This document shows positions 36,401 to 49,200 of a DNA stretch of 64,000 bases, one piece after another. The stretch lies in the NCBI RefSeq assembly GCF_021028975.2, contig NC_059436.1:1612001-1676000 (forward strand), in the 5' to 3' direction. How positions within the stretch are numbered: position 1 is the stretch's first letter; the number at the start of each line of letters is the position of its first letter. The notes under the pieces are model-generated. The model worked only from the letters and a program-made list of their open reading frames with translations, did not search any database and was not told where the DNA came from. The translations under genes and the position numbers were made by a program. Origin of the DNA: Sphaerodactylus townsendi. Lineage: Eukaryota.

Positions 36401-36639
36401 TCAGAGTGATACAATCATGGCTGCAATTTAATGACATAACACAAGTACTCAGCCACTATTTCAAAGATAGCAGACGAATCGTTGTTTAAAAAATAAGAAA
36501 AACTTTGTTGGTCTGATAGACCTTTATTAACGAGTAGAGGGGTCAGCAAGTTGAACCTGAGCAGGTGATTTTTTAAAAAAGTTTACCTAATTAAGTTATT
36601 CCCCTCGTATAAGCGAATAGAGACATCAACACGCTCCAC

Positions 36640-37240
36640 TCACTGCCACCCCCAGCGCAAAACGAGAGTCGTAATCAAACCGGAAGTCTAGAAACGCACG
36701 TTCGTTACTATCTTTTTCTCTTTCCCTATTCTTGGATTCGCGCCAGTCACCCGTCTTCTGTGCGCATGCTCAATCTGCCGGCGGCGCATGCGTGTTGTTG
36801 CGTCTTCGTCTCTGAGGAAACGCCTGGCAAGGGAGCGGTGAAGGGAACTAGGCCAAAGCCGGGGACTTGCGTAAATGTGTTCGCCGGAGGAGGCGCGCGT
36901 GGCGCCTGTCCCGGAGAGAGACTTGCCCCCGGAATGGGAGACGGACGAAGAGCGAATGGCCTTTCTGTTCTCTGCTTTCAAGCAGAGTCGGGAGGTCAAC
37001 GCCACCGACTGGGATAGTAAGATGGGGTTTTGGAGCGAGCTGGTGCTTAAGCGCGGGCGCCGCCGGGGAGAGGTGCGCACTTGTTTACGTGAGCTCCAGC
37101 TGGCCTTCGAGCGGCGGGGCAGCGTCCCGTTGGGGCTGGGCACCGTCCTTCGCGAGCTGCTCAGGTACCGCAGACGGGCCTTTTGTTTTTTTGTTGCTTG
37201 TGTTTGCCAGGATCACCGGCGCCTCTGAGCATGTGCAGAA
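36640..37240 (+). promoter_or_regulatory. CHMP7 CpG-island promoter with ETS and NRF1 motifs
   Basis: ACCGGAAGT at 36679-36687; TGCGCATGC at 36761-36769; GCGCATGCG at 36784-36792; housekeeping-type promoter architecture. Confidence 0.75.
36875..37164 (+). CDS. CHMP7: CHMP7 coding exon 1
   Basis: MCSP...[37 protein letters not shown]; AG|gtaccg donor. Confidence 0.95.
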
Positions 37241-40200
37241 CGCGCTGCTTTGTGTTCTGAGGACCAGAGCCAGTTTTCTCAAATTTAGATCGGAAAAAGT
37301 CAAACCGGGCCAAGACGTGAGTTGGGAGGCAAGATGGCAGGGGGTTCTATTTATGGCTTTAGATCTTGTCACGCTTCAGTTCTAACACCCATCATACTGG
37401 GGTGTTGTGGGGTTTCCGGGCTGTATGGCCGTGTTCCAGTAACATTTTCTCCTGACGCTTTTGTCTGCATCTGTGGCTGGCACCTTCAGAGGAGCTGATG
37501 GTAGTAAAGCAAGTGGGAGTACATATACCTGTGGAATGTCTACCATCTTTACTACCATTAGATCCTTTGAAGACGCCAGCCACAAATGCAGGCGAAAACA
37601 TCGGGAGAAAATGCTACTGGAACACGGCCATACAACCCGGAAAACCCACAACACCCCAGTGATTCTGGCCATGAAAGCCTTCGACAATATCCATCATACT
37701 GTTTTCGTGTTTCAGCTTCATTTTGAGTACATTAAAATTATATGTTAAAATAATCCGATGTATCAACAAGCTCTGTCTGCATTGTATATTTTTCTCATGC
37801 ATGCAAACTGTTCATGCTTTCTGTCTGCATTATATATTTTTCTCATGCATGCAAAGTGTTCATGCTTTCTGTCTGCATTGTATATTTTTCTCATGCATGC
37901 AAAGTGTTCATGTTTTCTGTCTGCATTGTATATTTTTCTCATGCATGCAAACTGTTCATGTTTTCTGTCTGCATTACATATTTTTCTCATGCATGCAAAC
38001 TGTTCATGTTTTCTGTCTGCATTGTATATTTTTCTCATGCAAAGTGTTCATGTGCTTTCAAATGGAAACAACTGTTATAGCTGGGCAAAGCAGTTTCAGT
38101 TTCCATAGTATATCATGATGTTTGACATTTTTGGCTGTCATAGACTGTTACCAGATGTATAAGCATAATTATACAGACTATCCTAGGTTTTGTGAACCAG
38201 TCTTCATAATGCATCTATTTATTTGCTAACATGGTTTTTGCTCTTCATTAAGAAATTGGTGAGCGCAATGAGATGGACTTCTTAACTTTATTTTGATTTT
38301 TCTCCAAAGACTGTCAGTTTGGTGTCTCCCATCCCCCCCAGTCTTCCAAACAACCCTGCGAGGATGGTTAGGCTGAGAGATACTGATTGATCCAATCAGG
38401 TCATTCAGTAAGGAATCTCTTTGTAGTTTTAGTGGGAATTTGAACTCCTGTTGCCCTAGTGTACGCCCAACACTAATTGGTGATTGTCTGAACAACACCC
38501 AGTCTGTCACCCTAACCTCCAGGCTTGTAGGGGTTAAAGTGGGACAATCATATATTCTGTCCTGAACTGCTTATAATAAGGTTGTGTATAGGAAGTCATT
38601 GAGTGCTTCTGTTCCGCGGGAGGAAACATGAAGCCTTTATGGGCTGTGAAGAAGTGAAAGTTATCAAATGTGGATTCAAAGGAGGATTGGGGACAATATG
38701 TCAGGGAGGGGTAATAAGGTGTGATTTACAGGGGTAGATGCAAAAATTAAGGACCTTGAGTTTTAAATAGTGGGAACAAATGCTGGTGTTTCTTATAGTC
38801 CACTCCAGATGGGAAGGCAGAATGTACATAGGGAGCAGCTGGGGGTTGCATGATGCATCTGCCAATGAAAGGGGCATTCCTGCCAATGGAGAGGGCACAG
38901 GCGTTCCCAGAAGTTGTAACTGCTGTGGAGCAACTCTGGCATCTGATCCGACACTGGTGTGTGTGTGTGTGTGTGGGGGGGGGGGATTCCCAGCTGTGGG
39001 GCCAGTGTTCCAGCTGGGAACACCAGCCTCCGGACCTGCAGCCTATGGGGCAATTTGGATAGTTTTTTGTTTTGCCGCCCTTCTGTGCCACCCAGCGCCC
39101 CTTTGGAAACAGCATGGTGCTGCCTTTGCCATGCTACCTCTAGCCACCGCAGTGGATTGCACTATTAAGTGATTCAGGCTGCAAAGCGGGGATTGGGGCA
39201 TGCCTGTGTATTCCATAATATTTCTGTCTTTTCCATAATTAGGCGTTGCAAGTTGCAGCGGGAATCTGACTTTATGGCAAGCGTGGACAGCAGCTGGATC
39301 TCCTGGGGTGTGGGAGTTTTTATTCTGAAGCCCCTGAAGTGGACTCTGTCCAGTGTGTTAGGTGACAGCAAAGTGCCAGAAGAGGAAGAAATCTTGATAT
39401 ACGTAGATTTACTTCAGGTAGGTCCTCTGATGCTTGAGAAGCTGGTGACAGTTGGCAAGGTTTTCTTTAAACATATAAAATGTTTTGTTTAAAAATGTAA
39501 AAAAAACTACTAAAGAGACTGGTGCCTTTTAATTTCTATCTGTCATATAAACTGTGGGTTCAGATATTTTCCTTCTGGTATGTTCTGGCATTTTGCAGTT
39601 CTCCTCTTGCATTCTTTTTTAAGGTCGTGATTTACATTTTTGCACTGTACATATAAGATTTGTTCTTGAAATGCCTTTTTTCTGTGGTTACTCAGAAGCT
39701 ACAATTTGCATAAAACCATGTAAAAGACTTGTGTTTGATAAAAGTGAATAAGCGAAAGTCTGAATGACTATAAACACGTCTGCCCTTTTGCCCTACAAAT
39801 TAAAACATGGCTCTCTTTTTTTCCCATCACCAAAGGCCTGATTGAATTTTAGGTAACTTCAACTATGGTTAGCATAAAAATTAATATATTTATTTAAAGT
39901 TTTTGCTTATTTATTATCAGCACTAAAATTAGTTTGAATATAGGGCTCCTGAATGTTATTGTTTTTAAAATAAATTTTAGTTTATTAAAACAAATGAATG
40001 GCAAAGGAAATCCTAACATACAAAGATATGTAAAATACATAAGCATCCCTTTTCCTCTTCACAAATGTGGACATAGACATCCTTTATCAGTATAGAGCAA
40101 TTAGGATATTAATTCTCTCTGTTCTATTGCCAATTTAATTTTCTGAATAGTAGGTTTAATTCAAATGTTTTTCTGCTTTGTTGGTATGCTGTTAATATAC

Positions 40201-43200
40201 ATCCCTTGTTTTTTTAACAGTCTTGTAATGTAGGAGTTTTTTTTGTTTCCATTACCTTGAAAAGACCAACCTGACTCTAGTAATTATGTCTAAGACTGTC
40301 AAGAAAACATTCATCTGAAGAGTATCTTCCTGTTTTAATTCACATGAAGCCTGGCCAGGTTCAGAGAGGGTTTGCTTGCTTGTTTGTTTATTGCTTATCC
40401 ACAAGGACAAGTTCCCAGACAAGTTCTAATTAGAACATTCAGTGTAGCTGAGAAGCTTTCAACTGGGAGAGGTGATTTGCTCCTGGCCTAGAAAATTCGG
40501 TGAGGGCAGCCCCAGGATAAGTTGACAGGGGTCACAGACTTTGGACAGAGTTTTCCATAAAAAGTCTTCCAACAGTCATCTCTCTTTACCTCTCCCCGCC
40601 CTTTTAGCTGCCAGAGAGGACTTGGCTTTATGCTTTGAATCCTAAGGCCTCAAGAACAATTATACTGTGTACAACTTCAATAAGTAATGCGGGAGTTAAT
40701 CTTTGTTATTTTCAGTGGATCCTGTCATTGCCAGATTGCAAATCTGTTTGATTTTTAACATCTTTCTAATGTTCTCAATAAAGCTCTGTTTGCTTTTTAA
40801 ATGGTGTGAGGTTACTGGACAAACCCAGAAGTGCTTGATTGCATTACTGACAGCAGCTGGCCTTTGCTTCTATAGAGATAAACATTAACAGGCCATTAGG
40901 GATATCAAGTTGATAATTCAGCAGCAGCAGTTCTGGTTTATGGAGTGTCTATTTTCTTCACCCAGCTGATTTTTTTAAGTACATATTTTAGGTAAGACAT
41001 GTGAATATTGACCTGATTAGAATTTCAAGGTCCCATTCCCAGGTTATTTATTTGAACATTTTAATTGCAATTAGATTTCAGAAGCTGGTGGATTCAGACA
41101 ACCCTGGCTTTTAACTAAGGATTTTATCTCACCAGACTTTAATGATTTTCTTCAATATCGTAAATAAATAAATTTGTTAGGTTGTCTGAGCTGTCTTTGT
41201 TCAGGATGAACAGAGAATTCCAATATTTAATCATATTATTTTGTGGACTTGATGTGACGGATATAATCTCTTGCAGTGTCTTTCTGAATGTTTGGTGCTG
41301 GCTATTGAGGCAGCAAATGGAGTTAAATTCTGCTATTTTTTCCTTCTCTTTAGGAGAAGGCAGAAGAAGTTTATCATCTCTACCAGAATTCTACACTATC
41401 TTCACACCCTGTTGTTGGCTTGTCGGAGTTGCGTTCCTTGTGTGCCACTGTCTGCCCAGATGAAAGGACATTTTGTCTAGTGCTTCTCCAGCTGCAAAAG
41501 GAAAAGAGGGTTACAGTCCTGGAGCAGAATGGAAATAAGGTACAAAGTAAAGCTGCTGGCTGAATGATGAATTGCCAACTCTATCATTAACTGAACAGAA
41601 TGCTAAGTGGGAGTGAGACTTCGACCAGAAACTAAGAGTTTTCCCATTCTAATGTAAAAATCTAAGATGGCAATAAAGATCTTGGCCAAAAACCCCAACC
41701 AGTGCAATGAGAGTGTTGTAATTTCACAATTCAAAGTGGCAACAAGGAGACAAGGCAGGAGAAATTCCCATATTTTATAAAGGTCTGTGGAATATATAGA
41801 CTTTAAATGTTTGCGACTGTGATATATGGGATGGACACGGTGAATGTTGAAAAACACCATTGTGCTGTGCAGCGTCATGGAGTTTTGCATTGTTTTTAGA
41901 CATCCTTAATTTACTCAGGTTCTGTTGTAGCATGCTTGTTGGAATTATACCTAGGAAACAACTTTTAAAAGTTCCTCATATTAACTTCAAGTGCTGTATA
42001 ATTATTTCATCAACTGTTCCAGTAATCAGAAATAGATGAAATTAAATGTTTGATAGCGAGGCAGGGCGTTAGAATTCAGTGAAGTTCACTTAACAGATTG
42101 GAGCTTGCCAATCTATTCCAATAATAGTGGGACTTTCTTCTGGTGCAAGGAGCTTTACGTTATATATAGTCTGAACACTAATTTGATAAACATAGTCTGA
42201 ACACTAATTTGATAAATAAAGTTGTTCAGTCTTAATTTTTGAACTAGATATTTGTATACTTTATCCGCTTTTATACTAGCTATTTATGATGATTTTATTG
42301 TGTGAGGCTATTTTAAAACATAGTTATTTTTTGTTATGTACATTTCCTGAGGCTCCTGTTTGTATCTGTATTTGTAATATGACTAGTTCAGTTTTTGTAT
42401 TGGGTAGACTGGATGGAAAAGTCTAACAAGTCAGTGTGCTTTGTGGACTGCTCTGCTGAGAATAAAAAGTGCATACACATTCTTCCTAGTAAGAGCTATC
42501 TCAAAAAAGTTGATTACAATTTTCAAACTGTCCAGTTTTACTGGTTTTGCACCATTTATCATCTTGATAATTTTATGAATCAATGCATATTTGGAAAATA
42601 GTCCATGGAAAAATGCAGCCATGGATAATTCATGATTGCAAGTAATTTTCTGTGGAAAGTCTTCCTCTTCTATCATTGATGCTCTGAAATGAGCACAATC
42701 AGCTTTCTGAAAATTCTGCTATGGCAGGACAGTTCTGGCTTGTAAATTCAAATCCTCAAACAAGGTAATTAGTTGAGAAAAGAAGCACTTTATATGGGAT
42801 AGAGCACAATAATACCTACATTGTCTAATTTGATTTTATAAGCTCCCGGTGCACTATTGGTATCACTCTTTCTTCTGTGCTTTTAGTGACGCAGTATTGA
42901 TTAAAGGGTCTATACGCTAAGCTAAATGTAGTTGTCTGTGATAGCAAATATTTGTCAACCAAAGAGGTTAAACATTTAAAATGAGTTTAAGAAATAATGG
43001 TTGCATGAAGAAATTATGATTTTTAACACAGGATCCTGTGATGAAAATGGTGAGATTTGTGGTTCCAAGTTCTGTAACATTTTTTTCCAGATAATGAAGT
43101 TTGCACGAGGTCTTCATGCCAAAGTGTCTCCAGTGAATGATGTGGACATTGGGGTGTATCAGCTGATGCAGAGTGAGCAACTACTGTCACAGAAGGTGGA

Positions 43201-46200
43201 ATCCCTTGGCCAAGAAGCAGAGAGGTAATGTGTACCATGTTATTAAGCTGCATTCTTTATGAAGGGCAGAAAACATAACTACTTTACTGGTAGTCAGAAG
43301 TAAGTTCTCCTTGTGAGCTTGAAAGGCATCATTGTGAAATGGTTTGCTTGTTTGTTGGATATGAAAAGGGGAGAAACACTTCTGTAATTGGCTTGGAGGG
43401 TGACTGTAGGATAGCAGCTCTTATTCTTAGAAAACTGAGCTTTTGGCATTCTTCTTTTGTAGGTATAAAGAGGAGGCCCGGAGTGCTTGTAGAACTGGGA
43501 AAAAGCAGTTGGTAAGTACAGATAAAAAGATTGTAAGCACATTTGCAAAGCTACCTCAATCCTGCATTTTCCGAGGGTTTGGGGGATTTTAGAGCCTGCC
43601 AGATCTATTGTTGAAACAGAGGAGTATGTCACCGATATGTGAGTACCTTTTCTTATAGCTGCAGGTGTCATAAATACTCAGTTTTGACTTCTTGCGTATC
43701 TATGTGCCTTTTCTCAAAGCACCATACTGCTGCACTGTGTGAGCCTTCTTGAAAGCAAAAATGAAAGACACTGTCAGGATCAGCTTTTGGCTTTATGGGA
43801 ATAGCATACTATTTTCTGAACCTTTTTAAAAAAATTAGAGGCTTTTCTAGCCCACCTGGGTTTGTAGTAAACAAGTCCTTGCATTCATAGACATTTGGAT
43901 TAGCTGTGGGGCTAGAGATGCTGAGAAGAATCTAAAACAAGGTACATTGTTGTTGATTGTACTGAAATTATTCATATCTTACCAGATTGGCTTCTGCGTA
44001 ATAACATATAATTGAAATCAGTTGCAATAAAAAACAAAAGTCCAGGGGCATAGCAAGAACAGGGGAGCATAGATTTGTCACTCACAGTTGCATCTTCATT
44101 TTGTTTCCTTTCTTTCATTTTGGATTGTTCTTGCTATAACCCACCTGATCAACCTAGTCTTTGTATGTTCTCTTGATTAAAACCAGTTGATGTACATGGT
44201 TGGATATTTTTCTATTCAGTGGAAGAAGGTTCATAGGGCTTGTGGACACAGTTATAAGAACATGGTGGCAGAGTGAGCACGGATACAAAAGTTGTAACAA
44301 ACAGTTAAAGGTATCTGCTGTCATACCCAAGACAATGTCTAATCTAGCTAGCCCCTCAGTTTCTAGGTATGACAGTGGAAGAAGTCTTTTAGATGAGCTG
44401 TATGTGCTGTCCTGCACAGAGGCTGTTGTTTTAAGGGGGTCTTTTTCTAGGAGTGTCTGTGTTTCTTTTCATCCAAATTGGTTTTTTTAATGTTCATAGG
44501 CTCTGAGATTTTTGAAATCCAGGCGAAGAACAGAAAGACGCATTTCAGAACTTCACTCCAAGCTAGATGTGGTACAAGGAATTTTGGATCGGATATACGC
44601 CTCTCAGACAGATCAGATGGTATTTTTCTATTTGTTTCTCTGTATCTTGTGTGCACCTTTGAGTTTTTGTTTGAAGCTTTCCAAGCTTTTTCTGTATAGA
44701 TCTGCTTTATATTGGAAACATAATTCTTTTCACTCTGATATTGAATATTGAGCTTGTTCACATGTCTTAACCTAGCTCAAATATCTTTTCCTTCTCTTTC
44801 TAGCCTTTCTTTCTGACACAATGCATGCTATATTGTTGTTCGCTTTGTGCTTGTTAAAGGGCACTTTGCCTTGTGTGGGTCACTTGCTTCCATTTGGTTT
44901 CTCTCTGTGCCTTGCTTTTAGGCAAGTAATTGCTAAGGTGGGAGAGCTTTAGAGATAAAATTGCCATAAGATGGTTGAAAATGTTTCAAAAGTAACGCCC
45001 CATTCTTTCTTCCCATTAAGGTATTTAATGCCTATCAAGCTGGAGTGGGAGCTCTAAAGCTATCCATGAAAGATGTAACAGTGGAGAAGGCAGATAATCT
45101 GGTGGATCAAATTCAAGAGGTATTTCAAGAAGAAGGGATTTCTCAGGCAAAGGGAGAGGGTATTTGTGAGAGAAGTGTGCCAGTTTGAGACAGTTTAGGA
45201 CTGGAGATTCCTAGGGGAAAATCCCACTAGTGGATTCGAGCAGCCTTTCAGGCACTGGCCAATGTTATGGACTACAATTCCCATCAGCCCTGCTGGCAGG
45301 GGCTGATGGGAATTGTAGTCCATAACATCTGGAGTGCCAAAGGTTCCCCACCACTGTTCTAGATCCATCAAAATATAATTGCAGGCTGTTTCAAACCTTT
45401 GTACATAGTGACTTCTGTATTGCTCGGGTTTGCCTATGTGGAATCATTCTTACTGAACTTGGTAGACTTTCATATGCTAGTGTGGAAGAGCTAGGATGTG
45501 CAGTGGTTATCATGTTGGACAGGCCAAAGAGACTGTGGACAGTTGCAAGTATCTGTTCAACCTTCCTCATGGGGTTGTTGTGAAGATTAAGTGGTGGGAG
45601 GGAGCCTTGTCTGCTACCTTGAGTTTCTTGGAAGAAGGACTTACTCAAAAGTAATAGATATTTGTTTGTGTACTTTTTTGCAGCTTTGTGACACTCAAGA
45701 TGAAGTATCCCAAACTTTAGCAGGAATAGGAATCAATGGCTCAGGTGAGTGCAAACTACTTAGGTCCAAAGTTGGTCTTATTAAATTTTCTTCTTTACAA
45801 CCTGACATCTAGGCATTTTGGAACTTTTCCTTAAATTATTCTGATACTTTTAACTGTTGAAACTCATCTGTTCTTTCATTCCTTAAAGAGGAAATAGATT
45901 CATATAGATTCATGGCAGCTGTGAAAAAGGCAAACTCTATGCTGGGGATCATTAGAAAAGGAATTGATAATAAAACTGCAAAGATTGTCATGCCCTTATA
46001 TAAAGCAGTGGTGCGACCGCACTTGGAGTACAATTGCAAGTCCAGTTCACCAGTGGTCACGATCTCAAAAAGGATACGCTATTGAGGGAGATAGAAAAAA
46101 GTGCGTAGAGAAGGGCAACAAAGGATGAGATTGAGGGGACTGGAGCACCTTCCCTATGAGGAGAGGGCTGCAGCCGCTTTTGGGACTCTCTTTAGAAGTT

Positions 46201-49200
46201 TGGAGAGGAGGCGGCTGAGGTGGGGGGATATGGATTGAAGGTCACCACTAAAATTATGCATGGGGTAGAAAATGTTGACAGAGAGAAATTTTTCTCTCTT
46301 TCTCACAATACTAGAACCAGGGGGCATTCATTGAAAATGCTGGGGGGAAGAATTAGGACTAATAAAAGGAAACACTTCTTCATGCAACGTGTGATTGGTG
46401 TTTGGAATATGCTGCCACAGGAGGTGGTGATGGCCACTAACCTGGATAGCTTTAAAAGGGGCTTGGACAGATTTATGGAGGAGAAGTCGATTTCATGGCT
46501 ACCAATCTTGATCCTCTTTGATCTGAGATTGCAAATGCCTTAACAGACCAGGTGATCGGGAGCAACAGCCGCAGAAGGCCATTGCGTTCACATCCTACAT
46601 GTGATCTCCCAAAGGCACCTGGTGGGCCACTGCGAGTAGCAGAGAGCTGGACTAGATGGACTTTGGTCTGATCCAGCTGGCTTGTTCTTATGTTCTTATG
46701 TTCTTATATGATGCCTGAAACTGTGTTTGTGAGCAAGATCCATTTCACAGTTGGCATGCATTATAGTTCTAGAAGCTTTGATGCTTAAGAATAGCTGATT
46801 AGTTTTGCACAGTGGGGAACCCAAGGATTTGGAGAGGAATTTCATTTTCCCTTCCATGTCGTCTTTTCCTTCTACGAAAGTCCCCATGGCATCTTCCCTT
46901 TCCTGCGTTCTTCTTTCCTTCCCACCAACCAACTAACCTCCCTCCCTCACCTGTCTTCAGAGTTCTCTCCTTCCTTCCCATTGGCTGACTCTCCCTGTGA
47001 AAACTCTGCACAGTTCTGGCTGCTGGGCTGGGTCCACTTGCACAGTGGGGAAACATGTAAAGGCTTGTGAGGGGCAAACCTCACTTTCCCCTGTATTCCC
47101 CTCCCAACACTGTTTCATCTTTCCCTCCTCCTGGCAACTCCATATCTTCCCTTTTCGCCTCCATTTCTCCTTTTACCTGCTACCAGCTTCAGCTATATTT
47201 ATTATGTACTTCATTGATAACACCACCTTCTCCACAATGGGGACCCAAGCAGCTTACAAAATTTGCTTCTCTGTTTTTATGTTACAACAATCTTTTGAAG
47301 TATGTTAGTCTGAGAATGTATAATTGGCCCAAGTTTACCCAGTAAGCTTCTGTGACAGAGTGGTGATTCAATCCTGGTCTGAAACTGTAACCATTACAGC
47401 ATGCTGGGTTTTGTGGGGTGGCTTCTGTTGAACAGTAGGAAGCAGCTGGCCTGTGTGAGTCATACAAGTCAGATAGTAGCAAGTAATTTGGGGGTTGCTG
47501 CCGAGCCTGACTATGATGAGTCCTCCCTCAAAGGCCAAAACAGCCCTGCAAAGGGACTGTCCCTCCCTGTTTTTTACTGTCAGACGCCAAGGCTCAAAAT
47601 CTGCCCATACTGTGGTGGTTACCTAGCAATTGACACTAAGGACATCTGTTTCTTAAAGCTACAGGTGCTCCTTTTATCATTTTGAATTTCTGTAACCCCC
47701 AGTGCTTATGTGTTTAGCTTTCAGATTTTTCTGCAAACCTAGAGCATTTTTCAGGTTTGTAGACAGATCTGTCTTGTCTGATCCTGTTTCCTGGATTTTA
47801 GTATCCTGAGATTTGGCCATGTTGAGAATTACATATATTTATATGCTGCTGTGTTGTAGCTTGTGTCAGTCCTTCTAGGTCTTCGATACAGCACTTCGTT
47901 GGTAGATACCTCCCCAACATTTCTATTTAAATAAGCACCTGTGTGCTCTGTATACCCACTGTGATATCTCAAATTGAACACCTTTAATGGTAGTCATGAT
48001 GACCTACGTGGTTTGAATCATGAAAAGCCTCCTTTTTAGCAAGCATGTGGTGCAGTCCTTTTGATCTTACTACATGGGAGGTTTGAGTGGGACTGTTTGA
48101 TTTGCAGAATTGTTGCTATTTTTCCATTACATTTAGAGTTTGATTGGCAAACTAACAACTATTCATCATGATACCTTCTGTTCCAGCACTTGGTTTAATA
48201 TTTTTTAAAGAGATCCCTCCAAACTGGAATTTGATCTAAAGGATAGATGGAGATTCTTACTTTGATATTGTTGTGTTGAATGGTCAGATTTCTCACAATA
48301 CTAAAACCAGGGGGCATACTTTGAAAATGCTGGCGGGAAGAATTAGGACTAATCAAAGGAAACATTTCTTCATGCAACACATGATTGGGTGTTTGGAATA
48401 TGCTGCCACAGGAGGTGGTGATGGCCACTAACATGGATAGCTTTAAAAGGGGCTTGGACAGATTTATGGAGGAGAAGTCGATGTTCCTCCTTGATCTGAG
48501 ATTGCAAATGCCTTGGCAGACCAGGCGCTCAGGAGTAGCAGCAGCAGCAGCAGGCCAATGCTTTCACATCCTGCATGTGAGCTCCCAAAGGCATCTGGTG
48601 AGCCACTGCGAGTAGCAGACTGCTGCACTAGATGGACTCTGGCCTGTTCCAGCAGGCTCTTTCTTATGTTCTTATCTTCCTCTTTAAAAGCTAGTTATCT
48701 TTGCGGGAGGAAATTAACTTAAGGCATATTTTTGGTACCTGCATCACAACACGCACAAGGTTGGCCCATATGTCATGTTAAAATGTGTTTGTTTTCTAAT
48801 CACAGAGGCTGACACTGAGGAACTGGAAAAGGAACTGCGTAGTCTACTCCTGGACTCTTCCAAAGATCTTCCAGACCTGCCTTCTGTTCCCCAGAAACCT
48901 TTGTTTCCTGAGTCTGTGGTGCTTCCCAGCATATCAGATGCTGAGCTTGAAGCAGAGTTGGAGAAGCTCATACTTTCAGATGGAGGTAGGTTTCTGTCTT
49001 GGATCTGATATTGCCTTGAAAGGAATCACCACCTGCACTCTGGCCTTTCTTACTCTGCTTCCTTTCTTCTCTGATAAATTTGAGGTTTTTTTCTCATTTG
49101 TTGGTGGTCAGAGGATTCTTTGCTGGGTAGCTGTGCTGGTACAGAACTATTTCTCCGAAGGAAGCTCTGAGTCTCTTTGTGGTTGAAATCATCTGACCAC

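Noticed and set aside
37723-38118. Cys-rich repetitive ORFs or a CRISPR-like periodic array
   Set aside because: A 48-bp tandem minisatellite with no spacers; the ORFs result from a unit length divisible by 3.
41564-41593. C/D box snoRNA (ATGATGA...CTGA)
   Set aside because: Boxes only about 30 nt apart and no terminal stem.
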